A stretch of 64,000 nucleotides of DNA from Macrostomum lignano (lineage: Eukaryota), in NCBI GenBank assembly GCA_002269645.1, contig NIVC01000011.1:310001-374000 (forward strand). The letters are read 5' to 3'. Below, piece by piece: positions 1 through 12,827 of the stretch. The stretch's first letter is position 1; every line of letters starts with the position of its first letter. The position numbers and the translations under genes are program-made. The notes beneath the pieces were generated by a model that ran no database searches, was not told the origin of the DNA, and saw only the letters and a program-made list of their open reading frames with translations.

Positions 1-1530
1 AACAAGCGTACAGATTCAAATATTCAAAAATGGAATTTAGGGGCATAGAGAGGAACATTTGACTATAAAAAATCAGTCCTAAGCGAGTTGTTCACCCGGC
101 AAAATGCATTAGGAAAATAAAAAAAAACTGTCCCATCGTCTCATTGACCCAGCAGTGCATGCTTTTAGTGTGAGCCGCTGTCAATGGGGGATATCTATCC
201 CATGCTTTGGTCAAGATTACTCCGTCCTCTAATCTCGATCAGTGTTCTCAAAGCTTCGTCCAAAATATGTTTTCCCACCAGGTGCATACATAAAAGCGAC
301 CTCATATTTTCATTTGTAAAAAAATCTGCTGAACAAACTTAACGTACTAATGACATATTGCAGTAACTCTACAAAGGAACATTGTGAATCACGTAGTGCC
401 CAACTAACTGAGACATCTCTTTACAAATACGCTTAAGTGCAGTTGTTTGAGCGGAGAGCTCTGCTTTGTCAAAAAAACCCCAAGGTCTCCCCTGCCATCA
501 GCATTCCTCTGATTATTTTCGTGGCTGTAGGTCTCAAGCTGGCTCCGTGAAACACGCAGTTTACTCAGTTGGTGCAGGCTGCTGATTTTTTTGCGCTCAC
601 AGTGCGGTCAAGTGGTCGACACGATAGCGTGACAGAGTTGTGACAGGCGTCACTCAATCACTTTATTTAACCTGTTGAGTCCATTTAGAATTGGGGCTTG
701 CACTGCATTAAACTGAAGTATGTGTCATGCGCAACTTTGCCCGTGTAATGTCTTCTATAAGATCCTTTCTATATTGTGGCACAATGGCTCTTCTCGCCTT
801 TTAATCAAACAAACTGAGAATAGAAGAGTTTTACTTTTTTTAAACGACGCGGATTCTACAAATGTACTTTCCCTTGAAAGTGTCATTCAGTTGTGCTTCG
901 CTTTATTTCCACCAATATATAAGAGCGGCTGTGCCATATGTGGCATATTGCAAATATAAAAATTGTATTCATCTGTATGTTACAATTATACACAGGCTAT
1001 ACAACATATCTAACAGTAAATTTAAATTGTCAAGTGCAATTGTCAGAGTCACGTATTCTTCTAAAAGAAACAATAGTGAGTTAGCAAGTACCCGTATATT
1101 AATAATATTGCATTCAGAGTTTCTGTAGGCTATAGCATTTAACGCACTAATCAATCAATTATGACTAAAATTCGTTGATAAAGGTAAACTTTCCGTTATT
1201 CGATCCAGTGTTCGCGCACTGACTAGAGATAGCAATTAATTTATATTAATTATTAACAAAACATAATTAAAAAAATATTTCATTTTCCTGCAACAGTGCA
1301 TTGAATTTCGCTCTAACAGCAGCATTGACAACAAGAAAGCATCTAAACAATTATTACTATAAAATCAAGCCGAAGATCGCGCTCAACAACAAATTCTATA
1401 TACACAGATCAGAGATTGAATGTCTGTTGTTTTTTATACATAACTTTATAAACATTATTCAATAACCATATAATTGAAAAATTGGGTCAATTAGGGGACA
1501 AACAGTGTTGGAAAGAAACGGCAATGATAT

Positions 1531-1536
1531 TTTATT
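1531..1536 (-). promoter_or_regulatory. Candidate polyadenylation signal (AATAAA) of the protocadherin gene
   Basis: tttatt on + reads AATAAA on -, ~280 nt after the stop codon. Other AATAAA copies lie further downstream (~662, ~902), so the site actually used is unknown. Confidence 0.35.
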
Positions 1537-1811
1537 TTCCTAATCAATGTAACCTGTACTATCCAGTATGATTCGCGTATAAATATGGACATGCAGTAAT
1601 ACGACTTTAAGCGTTACTTGTACATGTACAGGGCGCAGAAAGAATCATCGACTCGCATTTACTCGATAGAACTCGAATGCTAACAAACTGGCCTGTTTAT
1701 GAACATCTGAGCACAAGATTTTATAGTGTACAATCTTCGACAAGCAACAGACAAGACTACGGCAAATGCATCGTCGAAGCTGTACTGTGTTTTAAAATTG
1801 CAGTTCTTTGC

Positions 1812-2105
1812 TTAGATCATTGTCCCACCAACGGCGGATGCTGCGGGCTTTGGTTTGAACACCGCATGCTGTTGCTGCTGCTGTTGTTGTTGTTTTTGCT
1901 GTCGCAGATCCTCCATGGAGCCGCCGCGTCCAGAATCGTCAACGCTGGCATCTTCCTCGGAGTGTCGGCGCTCGTGCAGGCAGAGGGTGGCACCGCCGCC
2001 AGCAATGGAACTGCCACCGGTTGTGGTGATTGCCGTCACTTCGGAGCCGCCGCCGCCGCCGCTGGAGGCGCCACCGCCCAGTGAAGAGGATGTCTGCATG
2101 TGAAT
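1812..2105 (-). CDS. Protocadherin terminal coding exon 3 (97 aa + TAA; IHMQTSSSLGGG...DSGRGGS...QQQQ...GGTMI*)
   Basis: Acceptor aatttgcag|ATT, phase 0, with the same TTTGCAG heptamer as exon 2. GC-rich coding-like island in AT-rich DNA. It contains polyQ like the exon 1 tail, a DSGRGGS motif and a C-terminal T-M-I, followed by an AT-rich putative 3' UTR. Confidence 0.72.
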   Translation of the reverse strand: MHMQTSSSLGGGASSGGGGGSEVTAITTTGGSSIAGGGATLCLHERRHSEEDASVDDSGRGGSMEDLRQQKQQQQQQQQHAVFKPKPAASAVGGTMI

Positions 2106-4829
2106 CTGCAAATTCGTGGCGGTTTCACGGCTTTGATTCGGTCCATAATTATAAACTTCATTGTATGGCGGTTAATTAAAATAACCAAGTTAATGTGTTT
2201 TTTCTAAACTGGATTGCTACCGTCAGCAAAAATTTAATTTCGATTAACTTCGCACGCAAGAGTCTCTATAGAACTGCAGTGAGGTGGGGGCGAATTTAAC
2301 CTCCATGGCAACTAGAGGATAGCCCTTATACACTGTCTGTTCGCGCCCTTATCACTAATTTCGGGCACAATGCAACCCCTTTTCGGAATTTCAGACACTT
2401 TTTTACAGAAGATGCCCATGCGGCTGCAACAAAGACCAACGCTAGCTAACACTATAGAGAAAGATGAAGAGCGCGACCCCCCATCGGGTAGAGTGAATGA
2501 GAAAAAACATTAAAGGTGCCGCCGCCACCCCCCCCCCTACTGCGCACAGAAAAGTCAATTCCCCAGGGAAGAGCTGAGACCCCGAAAAAATTCACACCTT
2601 CGATGACGGCATGACGCTCTATTACAACCCCATTCCACTTCCCACTTCAAATAATATGCTGTCTCGAATGGGTGACCCGCGACTCCTCCCAAATGCGTTC
2701 TGGCCAGATTCATCAAAGCGTTTCAAAACTCCCCGTGCTGTGAAAGGGTTTCGGGCCTTCCCATCCCGCAAGGAGGTGTGATGGGAAGTCGGGCCCAGCC
2801 TTTGTTTTAACAAACCCCAAAGTATGGTCGCTAGGTCAACTGTCGCTTTCCCTCTTTCGCTCTCCGTCTCTGGACGTTCAATTTTCTCCATTTTCTCGAA
2901 GATCCACCAGCCCGTATCACGTTTGCTTGGAAAGAATTTACGATGCTTTCGGGTTTGGGGACCCCAGGCAGACGGTCTGACCCGTTAGCGGGCCCAGCCA
3001 GACAAATGAGAGATCACTATCTGCAGCCTTGGCACTCTCCCCTGGTCTGCAGCTCTGGTCTCCTTTTGAAAGATTTATTTTTGCGAACGAGAGAGAGACT
3101 GCCTGCTGGAAGTGGAAAGTCGGTCGGCGAAGACAGAAGACCGTCGCGGCACCCCACCGTCAACGAGCTTATTATGCAACAACAGCCGCGTGGCAGTCTT
3201 AGCAGTTAATTACCGACAAACATTTTGACAACTGTAAATTGCTAAGTTGGTTTGGGGAACGGGCATCAACAGCCTCAGGTGAAAGAAGCGACGGAATTGA
3301 AAGCAGCTTACTGATTGTTACTCCTGTTAGTTGTTCGTTCCCAGATTTTCTAGTTCTCCCAGCGACACGACATGATTGTCCATCTTGGCGGCGTGCAAAG
3401 ATGTTGCGCGCACCAAAATACCGAATCGCAGCAGTGCAGGATTGAAAAGAATGCTGGGAAAATATGCGTCCAAACTTTTCGCCAAGTAACTCACAGCGGT
3501 ATTGATAATTATGTTATTGCTGCGGATTCACACAGAAGCCAGGCACAGATGCCTGATATCACAAGTAGTGAATAGTTCAATTATAAAACCGTCTACAGCT
3601 TCAACCTTCCAGTGCAGCTTTCTCAATAATAAAACAAACTGCATAAACTCGCAGGGCAGAGAAAAAGCTTGTCATGCAGCCACAGGGTAAACACATTTTC
3701 AAGTGGGCAATTGAGCCTGTTGGTGACAAATTCAATTGAGAATTAGTTTTGTCTCTGTCTCTCTTACTCCTCCTATCAGCCATAATACCGCCAGATCTTA
3801 GAACCTTGGTCGGAAGCGAGTCTCTAAATATCGGATAATTTCTGCATAGAGCACTGCAAGAAATTACGGGCCATAAAAAACCGACTCTGCCCCCCCCCCC
3901 AAATTTAACAAACACAGTAGAGAAGAACAGTGGAGCTTTTTGAACTGGTTGTCTGGACACAAGCCTTTGATGACCAAATGCAGTTGTAATTTTCTCAAGC
4001 TCTAACTATGACATTGCATTACAAGACCCTTGGACGCAATTTTGCGGCGAGCTCTTCTAGAAGAAATTATACTTTCCCACAACATGCGAACGAACGACTA
4101 AAGCGGCTCAATACCCCGCAATTTTGTTCGCGAAGGCAAAGAAAAAACCTTCGTTGCTGCATACAAGGCGGGGCTCAGCATGCCCTGTGCAAATTATCAG
4201 ACTGAGCTGAGATTGAGCTCACTGGGCAATGTCAAACAGGCCTCTAAGCATGCAGATGTTGTTCGGCCGTCTTTAGAATAACTAAGAACACAAGAAAATG
4301 GATAGGGAATGCAAAAAAAGCAGACAAGAAGCAACAACGGACTAAATTAAGCAAAAAAAGCTCGCTTCGCAACAAAGGCTGCAGTGATTGACAGTTTTTA
4401 CTTATAATTGTTGCCAATTGTATTGCATGGCAATGAGAGAAACTACATGCACAAGGACCCTCGCGTTTCAATGGTGCCTCTTCACTCATTATGTGTTTCG
4501 CTTACTAGCTCAGCTGCTAATTGCTTCTCGACTTTCATCTCCGCCAAGCTCCGTTTAGTTCTTATCTCTTAGGTGTCATCTTGACCTTATCAGGTCAATT
4601 AATCTTGTAAGGAAACTGAGCTACTGATTGTGCTGGCTTAATTCCCAGCGGTTGATTGAAATCTTAGGCTACACTTCTCTTGACCATCAGGAGACTTGCT
4701 GGACTTCAAAATCATTTAAAAATATGTATCATATCGCGATTTCACCTGGTATAAAAAATCTTGCTACCAAAATTTGATTAAAAATGAGGGAAGATTAACT
4801 AAGGAAAAATCATAGAAAATTCTCCCCTA

Positions 4830-5196
4830 TGTTGGTTAAGCAAATAACCAATAGTCGTCCTGACAGAACGGCTATTTGCGCAGTTATGACTAACTATGAT
4901 ACACAGGATTATGTGTTGACTCGGGAATAACACCCCTAGGGGAAATTCCCCCACCCTTTGGGGCGCTCTGACGTCAGTTGGCCACGGAACTTCCTTCCTG
5001 GAACTGTCGTCTGGCTATGATGTCTCCTCCCCTGCTCACCGGATCCGGGCTCCAAGCTCTCTGAGTCAGGCAGTAATTAAACAAAACGAGCAGGCTATTT
5101 CTGTCTCATTTGAGTGTTAAAGTTGACTACGAGTATATAGTTTCAATTTTCATTCACACCCAAAACTTCCTGCCGCCTTTCCTCACTAGTTAAACA
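4830..5196. mobile_element. Possible solo-LTR-like or regulatory-motif-rich segment
   Basis: TGTT...AACA ends, internal kB-like, CRE and ETS-like motifs and an ATTAAA. No matching target-site duplication, so the call is weak. Confidence 0.2.
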
Positions 5197-5519
5197 TTTG
5201 AGAAAGTTTTGGTCAGTTTTTTTATCACCCACAGGCAAAAATGATGATAAAAAATGCTTCGTTTGACAGGAGGTGCGCTAGCCCTGGACCATTCCGTGAC
5301 TGCGTAGCCGGGCCTAACAGAGTTCAAATTTATTTTGCTACGTTTTTTGTCAACCAGCATTACCAGTAATTCCTGGGCAGCTGTAGCTGTTGAAATCAAT
5401 AATTTTTCAAGGTTTTTTTCATTGCAATTTTCAGCTGATAAAGAGTCAGACTTACCACATGTGGGATCAGAGGTGAAATGCCTGCATCAATTTTAAAAGG
5501 ATGAAAGCAGAAAGCTTAA

Positions 5520-5734
<215 letters not shown>

Positions 5735-8700
5735 AATTGCAGCTAGAAATATTGGAAAGAAAAAATCATTCATAAATTTTTGTCTTGGGAAAGCGGCGTG
5801 ACTGATAGGAAAAAAAAGTCGAGACTAAGCGAGAAGCATCACCCAGCCTCTCCCCTTCATCTGTGTATGTTTTTCCATTCCTTGCGGGATTAATTGCCTC
5901 GAGCGGCGCAGGTGCTATGGAAAGCTTAGAGGCTGCCTGCCTGCTGCAGTGTGTGCCAATTCTCACTCCCATATTATTTGCCTTCCCTCCAGGTGGCGTT
6001 TTTTTGTGGGAACAGATCCAGCAATGATCAAAGTCTTCCTTCCTTCGCCACTCAGACTAAGAAGAAAGTGATGGATTTTTATCCCCGTTAAGTAAATGTT
6101 GTCGCTCAACAATTTCATCCTTTGTCTTTTGCTTCTGCAGTTAGGCTGTGGAGAATTTTGTTATACGGGGAGCCTCTCTCTTCTTCACCTATGAAAACCA
6201 ACCACTTAAAATCTGCTTCTCTTATATGCGAAAGCCCGAAAAAGCCTTCAGGGTTTGTGCTGTATACAATAGTAAGTAAAAATAAAGGGGTATGTGTTGG
6301 CCCAGGGGGTTCCTCGCGATAGGAAGCTTATAGAAACATCTAGAAATTGCCCCCGGGGGATGAGGATGAATTGAGATTGAAGAAAGTTGTTGCAATCACT
6401 ACACACGCGCACGTAACCACACGAGCAGCCACGCCTACCTATTAGCACAGCCTCCCATTTTGCTACGATGCCAAACTCACTGGGATCCCCCTAATCAGTC
6501 GCAGCTTCCAAATAGCCCCCCTCCCAAATGGAAGCCGAGTGCTTCAATGCTTCAATCGCGACAAATTCGCACCACCTGTCGTTTCGAAAAATGCCGAGCA
6601 AAATAGTTGGCGGTTCGGGAAATTCTATCACTAATCGAATTAATTTGGCCGCTTTCAGTGGAACAATGGCTCTAATTTGGTCAGTTGCGTAGACTGCCGG
6701 CACCTCAGTGTTGGTACGATACATCTGCGCGGCGCTATTCCCATTTTAGCAGCGATAGACAAAAAATAAGCCAATCGAAAGTCATCAATGCCATGGGGTG
6801 AGCACTGTATCCAGCTGTAGGGTTTCACACTCTCTTGCTGGGTGCAGCTTAGCTACACTAAGTCGCGCGTAGTTGCCAGATTGAATTGCAAAAAGTCGGG
6901 AACTGCCACCCCCCGACCCCCTGTGCCTCGCAGAATTGATAGACAGGGTGCGGGAAATGCCAGCAGAGGACGCCTCTATACGGTGACCCCCTCTGTTCCT
7001 CTCTTCCCAAGCGACTCAACCTCCTGTATCAATTTCCGATTGACCAAATGCGGGCCAAAGCACTGCAGTGGTGATCGATATAGCGCGAGGGGGGGAAGGG
7101 TGCCATTGCTGAGTGAAAGGCGGATTCGCATAGTTTACAATGCGAGTCAGCATAAATTAATAGGGATTTTGGACTGCGCCACTCTTACCGCGAATTGTTC
7201 TTAGTAAGTAAGCGAGTATCTAAAATAGTATCAACCCTAACCAGCCACTTTATAATCCTCCAATGCAATTTGCCAGCTAATAACCAATATCTTCTCAATC
7301 ACGAACTGGATTGCAACTTCGTGCATATGCAGTGTGACTAAAGCAGATTTCGCAATATCCAGAGATAAATCCCACCCGAATTTAACTTTCAGCACGCTAC
7401 TGAGGAGGAGGGAGTCAAGACCAACTGAACCGAACGTTCCAACCGTCTTGAGAAAGAGGAAATTAGTGGAAAGAAGAAGGGAAAAAGGAAGAAACTAGAA
7501 AAGGCGGTTTCTCAACGAAGCAGCTGCACACACAGCAATCACAGTCCGGCCTGCATGCTGGAGGCGACGAAATCTCGGCTCACGCACACAGACAAAGCGA
7601 GAGCTGCGACTCCCCCTCACCGATTGCGTCATCCACAATTAGCCAAGGGACCCCCACCCGGGCCCTGATCCGACCAGCTTAACCACCAGAAAAACGCGAA
7701 AAGCAAATTCTCTTTCTCGAGCTGTTGCAATCGCTCCCTTCATCCATTTCTGTCTGCCCATCCAGCTAACGTTCTGTCGGCTCAGAACCGTTTCAGTTTC
7801 AGTCTTTTGACCTTCTGTCCAATTAAAATCTCCTATGCGAGACGGATCAACCCGGCTGATTAGGGCTGGCGAGAGAGTTTTGTGTCGAGCTTCTTGGAGC
7901 ACGAGTCACGCCGACTCATGCGCTCATAGAAGTAAGTGAAATTGAATAGAAACTGTTGTAGTGAGCCCCCCTGCCCGCAAAGTGAAGCGGTTTCTCTCTG
8001 ACTTAGCGACTAACAATCCACTTGTGAGTGCTGAGTCGGCACCGCCCACACTCAGCGATATTCATGCCAAATCCAACTTGGTAACCCGACCCACCCCTGG
8101 GGTGTTTAAACATACTTAAAATGAGTCCTGTTATATGCCATTATTTGGGGTAAAAGGCCTCGGTCTTCCGGCAGAACTTGAATCGCTGTCCGGTTAGTTG
8201 AGAAACAAAAAGTCTCTCGGTCTCTCCGTTGCCACACGGTAAGTGGAGGGTTGAGGAAGGCTCGCAATCTTGTGCAAGGATGCTTAAGGCAATCTCAACA
8301 ATGAGAACTTGTTCTGTGTGTGGTTTGGCTGGAGGGCGGTCTCCTGCCTAGACTAATGCTCATGGAAGCAGCGTCAGCATCCCACTAAAGCTCAAGAGAG
8401 TAAAGAAAAACACACTAGAGTGGAATTAAAGTATTCCTTCCAGCAGGTCTCTCTTTCGCTGCAAGACTGAGACCCGAATGAGTCATTGATTGTTAGCCCC
8501 CTTGAGAAGGCAGGCTAGTGCCAACTTTGATCTGCTCCACCCTTATTTATTTTTAACTATTAACTAACAGAAAACTGAGAGCAGAGAAAGTCGCAAGTTC
8601 AACCAGGGACTCAAGCACTTCAATGCTATCAAATTCAATTCCTGCGAGCAGGGTGAACTCTTCTTTAAGGAGTGGAAAGTTTTTAACGGTATCTTAGCGC

Positions 8701-9180
8701 AGAACTGAAACGATTTCGCCCATAAATCAATGAGGCTTATCTGACAGCTAGTCTCTTTCGTTTCCTAGGCTGCTTTCGCCTCGGTGAAATTAAATGAAGG
8801 AAAGTAAAATTGGCGATTCGCTCATGGCCTGAAGCAATTTTCAAAACTTTTTTTCCTGTCATTAACAGTAGAGAGAGAGAGAGAGGGGGGGGGATTTCTC
8901 TCGCATTGCCTGCCAATGTCCCATTAGTCGGCCTTTAGCTGCCAAAGATTCTTCTTTAAGTTCACCATCACTGCTTTCGAAGAAGAAAGAAGAATCCCTG
9001 GGAGTCGTTGAGGAAAAGAGATCGAAATTGATTTTTTCAGGAGGTGGCCGTTGCCCTGGGGTTTGGGGGGATCGACTCAAGGGATGAGCGTGCACGGAAC
9101 TAAGAGCTATTATCTGAGGTACTATTACGGGTGAAGCATTAGCTCTAGAGGACTGCACAGGATATCTATTAAAGTCTCAC

Positions 9181-9351
9181 CCTCGGAGACGTTTGACAGG
9201 TCATCTTCATTGGAGTCTGCACCGCTGGGCCTCGCATGAAAGTATTGTGACCGCCGATTCCACCTCTGCCGCAGGTGAGGGTGACGTGCTCCATGGGCAG
9301 GTAGTCCGACCTGTGATGCTGCGACATCTCTGGGTAGGGCCTGTACAGATG
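9181..9351 (-). CDS. Protocadherin coding exon 2 (cytoplasmic, 57 aa HLYRPYPE...CQTSPR)
   Basis: Acceptor ...ttaac...actttgcag|CAT and donor CCGAGG|GTGAGA. The exon is 171 nt and phase 0 at both ends, matching the exon 1 donor. Open frame, GC-richer than its flanks, same donor hexamer as exon 1. Linkage to exon 1 is inferred, not shown by a transcript. Confidence 0.7.
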
Positions 9352-10605
9352 CTGCAAAGTTTTGAAAGTTTTTGGGGAGTTAATGTGAGATCAAATAAAC
9401 GACTCAAAGTTTGAGAACAGGTCAGGTGAGATCATGGAAAGGACATTCCAAAAAAGTAGAGTGCCCACAGATCAACCGCATCTAACTACTCATAATTTTT
9501 AAAGCTCAAATAAAGTACCCCTCTGATTAACTAATTAAGACCCCCAAAGAAATTCAGAATAAAGAATGATTGAACAATGAAATTCAGCTGGAAGTTTTTC
9601 GTGATTGAAGGACAGCTATCAGACGGGGGGGGATGGTGGCTGCTGGATAAAGACGGGGGAGCTGCACTGTGCAGGCTAATTCAGTCCATCAAGCTGTGCA
9701 GGCAGGAAGCGAGCGACCCCCCCCCCGCTGACTTGGAGCGGTTGAGGAGAGCAACTTCTTTTTCTGTGCGGGGAGTGGGGGGGGGGTCCTGATGGACGCG
9801 GCGTCTCATTTGAGCTGGGCGCTACTGCCGCTTAAATCTGGTTCTGGAGGTAGTTTTTTTTCTCCCAAATCTCAATTATTCTTTTCTTCCCTTACTGCAT
9901 CGGAGGCTGTCCTTAGAAAATTGTGCGATTTTTTGCTACCTTATTGAAAAAACCATTTTCCTCCTCTGTATACTTGCCAGTCCTTTATGGTTCACCTGAC
10001 TCAAAATTGTAACCTCAGTTTCGGGTGAAGCCGGGACTCGGGTGGGGGGGGGTTGAGGACTCTCCGAGGCGGCCGTCCGTTGGGTGCACCGGGTTCTGAA
10101 TGCTCCCAGACCCTCCCTAAGAATGCCGGTACATCTTTGAAATTATAAACAGCTGGGGAATGCCGTGCACCGGAGAGAGAGACGGTCCCTGAGCTACTTG
10201 ACCGTGAAATACCATTTCTAAGCCTGCGGTCGGGGCCGGTCGATTTTTTTAAGTTGACCCTCCTAAAAAACCTCCCAACAATGCCATTTCTGCAGCGTTT
10301 CTCAAGCGGAAGTTTTGCCTCCCATCCTTTGGAGAGGAGCTTCCGACTCTGCATGCGCCAGGCTCTACTCTAACCTGAGCACCCAGCGCTCGCCTGACTA
10401 AGTGCTTGTGTGCTGAATAGCGTCAAACCTTAGAGCCGCAGTCACTCTATTTACGCTGTGTGCTCTTCCGAATAAGTCTTTTATGCTTAGTTGCTACAAA
10501 GCCAATTTAAAATGGTTAGTCTCCGCACGTCTCTACTTCCGTGTTCCCACTAGTCTCTTTCTCTACCCTATTAATAACCTCACTGTCTTCTGCATCTCCC
10601 TCTGT

Positions 10606-10955
10606 CTACCTTATCTACCTTCCCTAGCTACTTCTCTACCTACCATTCCTAGCTACTTCTCTAACTTCCCTAACTACTTCTCTACCTACCTTTCCTAGCT
10701 ACTTTTCTAACTTCCCTAACTACTTCTCTACCTACCTTTCCTAGCTACTTCTCTACCTACCTTTCGTAGCTACTTCTCTACCTACCTTCCTAGCTACTTC
10801 TCTAACTACCTTTCGTAGCTACTTCTCTACCTACCTTCCTAGCTAATTCTCTAACTTCCCTAGCTACTTCTCTACCTACCTTTCCTAGCTACTTCTCTAC
10901 CTACATTTCCTAGCTACTTGATCTACCTACCTTCCTAGCTACTTATCTACTTTTC
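10606..10955. repeat. Degenerate ~23-25-bp minisatellite (CTAGCTACTTCTCTACCTACCTT(T)C)
   Basis: About 14 imperfect tandem copies visible directly. Confidence 0.85.
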
Positions 10956-12827
10956 CTCTCTTTCTACTACTTTCTCTCTCCCAAAAAAATTATTTACAAC
11001 CTTTGCTGAAGCAAGCAATACATAGTGCAAAACAATGTTAGAAACGTGACAAATATCTGCTATGCCTGGGGCTTGAATAAAAAAAAGCATGTGGAGTTAC
11101 CAACTTACTTACTTACTATTGTCTCATACACCTCTATATCGCCTGCCCACCTTCTCATTAGCATTTCTTCAATCTCTCATTCTCTTCTATAGATTGGCAA
11201 CCCCCCTCTCACTATCACTCCCCAGTAATTTCCACCGCCAGCCAATATCCCATTTTCTCCTTACCCCCTCCCACCATCCTCGAGCGGCCGCCAAGAAACT
11301 CATCGATTCATGCCCCCCCCCCCCAGAGAGCCATCATCGCTTTCATATCTGTATATATATATTTGCTTAAAAGCAGAAGAGAGAGTAGATGAGCCAGACC
11401 TTTCATGCGTAGGCCGGGCATTGATTTGGCAGTCTTCCAGGGGAGACCCGCCGTCTCCCTCGCTGTCTCCTCTCTCTCCTCTCCCAGTTGAATCAATTTC
11501 TAGCAAAATCCTCGGCCTATTCCAATCCAGCTAGTTGGCTACACCTTCTCTGCTAACCAACAGTCCTCATCGCGAACTCCTCGACTCCATCATCTCTCGC
11601 CGTGCCTTCAATCTACCCTCATGCCATTCGCATCCCTTCGAGCTCTCGCAAATCCCCTAGTTGTGACGTAATCAACTTTTCTATGAAAGCTAGAAAAAAC
11701 CTGACTCTCTCCTTGCCAGTAAGCCTACTTACTATATTGTTGTCTGTGCGAGGCGCTTGCACAAACTCGGCGTCAGAGCTCGAAGCAAATCGAACCTTTG
11801 CAAAAACTGAACGCTCCCGATGAACGACGTCAAATCCATCCCCCCAGAGGCTGCCTCTTCTCTTCTCTTCCTTCCTTCCTTCCGTTGCTCTGTCGCTAGA
11901 AATCCCCTTTCTCAGTCTGAAATCCCAATGACCCAACCGCGGACACCCTTGCGCACTGCTCGGGGTTCGACAAGGGAATTATTAAGCCTAGTTTGTGTTG
12001 TGTGTAATTCAATCTAGAGAAATTCGGTCCGACTCTGCCTCCTACTCACTTTTGCAACTGACGTGACGTAATCAATGGAGCCAGTTGGGCAAAAATAACG
12101 CTACTGGGTGCTGGTGGATCCGGGAGGTTTAAGACACAGGGCTTAAGACCTGTCGCTGTGTTCGCAGGCAATGCGTCAACACTGTTAGCTCGTTCAATTG
12201 TAAATTCTGTCAACTGTGAAACAGCTTTTCCGTCAAAAAGACGCGGTCCAGTTTAACGTTTTTTCCAGGGGACGCTGTCTAAATTTTAAACAAATGTTTT
12301 GGTATTTTATGCGGGCAGACCGACGGCCTTGTCTTTTGACCGGGTTCGCGTCAGAAATTTTGCAATAACAGACGCTCCTCGGATGTCAGTGCTCTGTGTT
12401 ATTTCTGTTGCCAGAGTGTGGAATGGGAGAGGGAGCGAGGCTGCCGGACAGGAAGTGGCAGGGGAAGTCGATGGCGGCATGTATCAAACATTCGGGCCTC
12501 GCAGTCCGCTCACTCACGCACACAAAGAAGCCAAGGCTTTTCACTGGTGCGACCGCTGGAGTGTAGAGGACTTCTGGCTGATATATGCGGCAATGTGTCG
12601 CATATATCTATTTTGGAAGTGTAGGTAGAGACATTTATGACTTCTAGCAACTGAACTGGACACTTTGTTCGGCGTGTGAGAGTTTTGCCACCCTGTAGAA
12701 AATGTTTGATGGTAGCCTTTTGTTAGCCGATCAGTTCTAATAGTACTTCCTGATTTTGTTGGAAGATCTTCTTATCAAATATTTTCTCTGTCCATCCGTC
12801 TCGTTAATTTTCAATGTTTTTCATCTA

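Noticed and set aside
1677-2084. 135-aa plus-strand ORF with a poly-Leu, signal-like stretch
   Set aside because: The poly-Leu is the antisense of the polyQ codons in exon 3.
11300-11506. Minus-strand ORF (DSTGRGERGDSEG...) as an extra protocadherin exon
   Set aside because: Its only acceptor-like AG is phase 1, incompatible with the phase-0 neighbours, and no clear donor was found.
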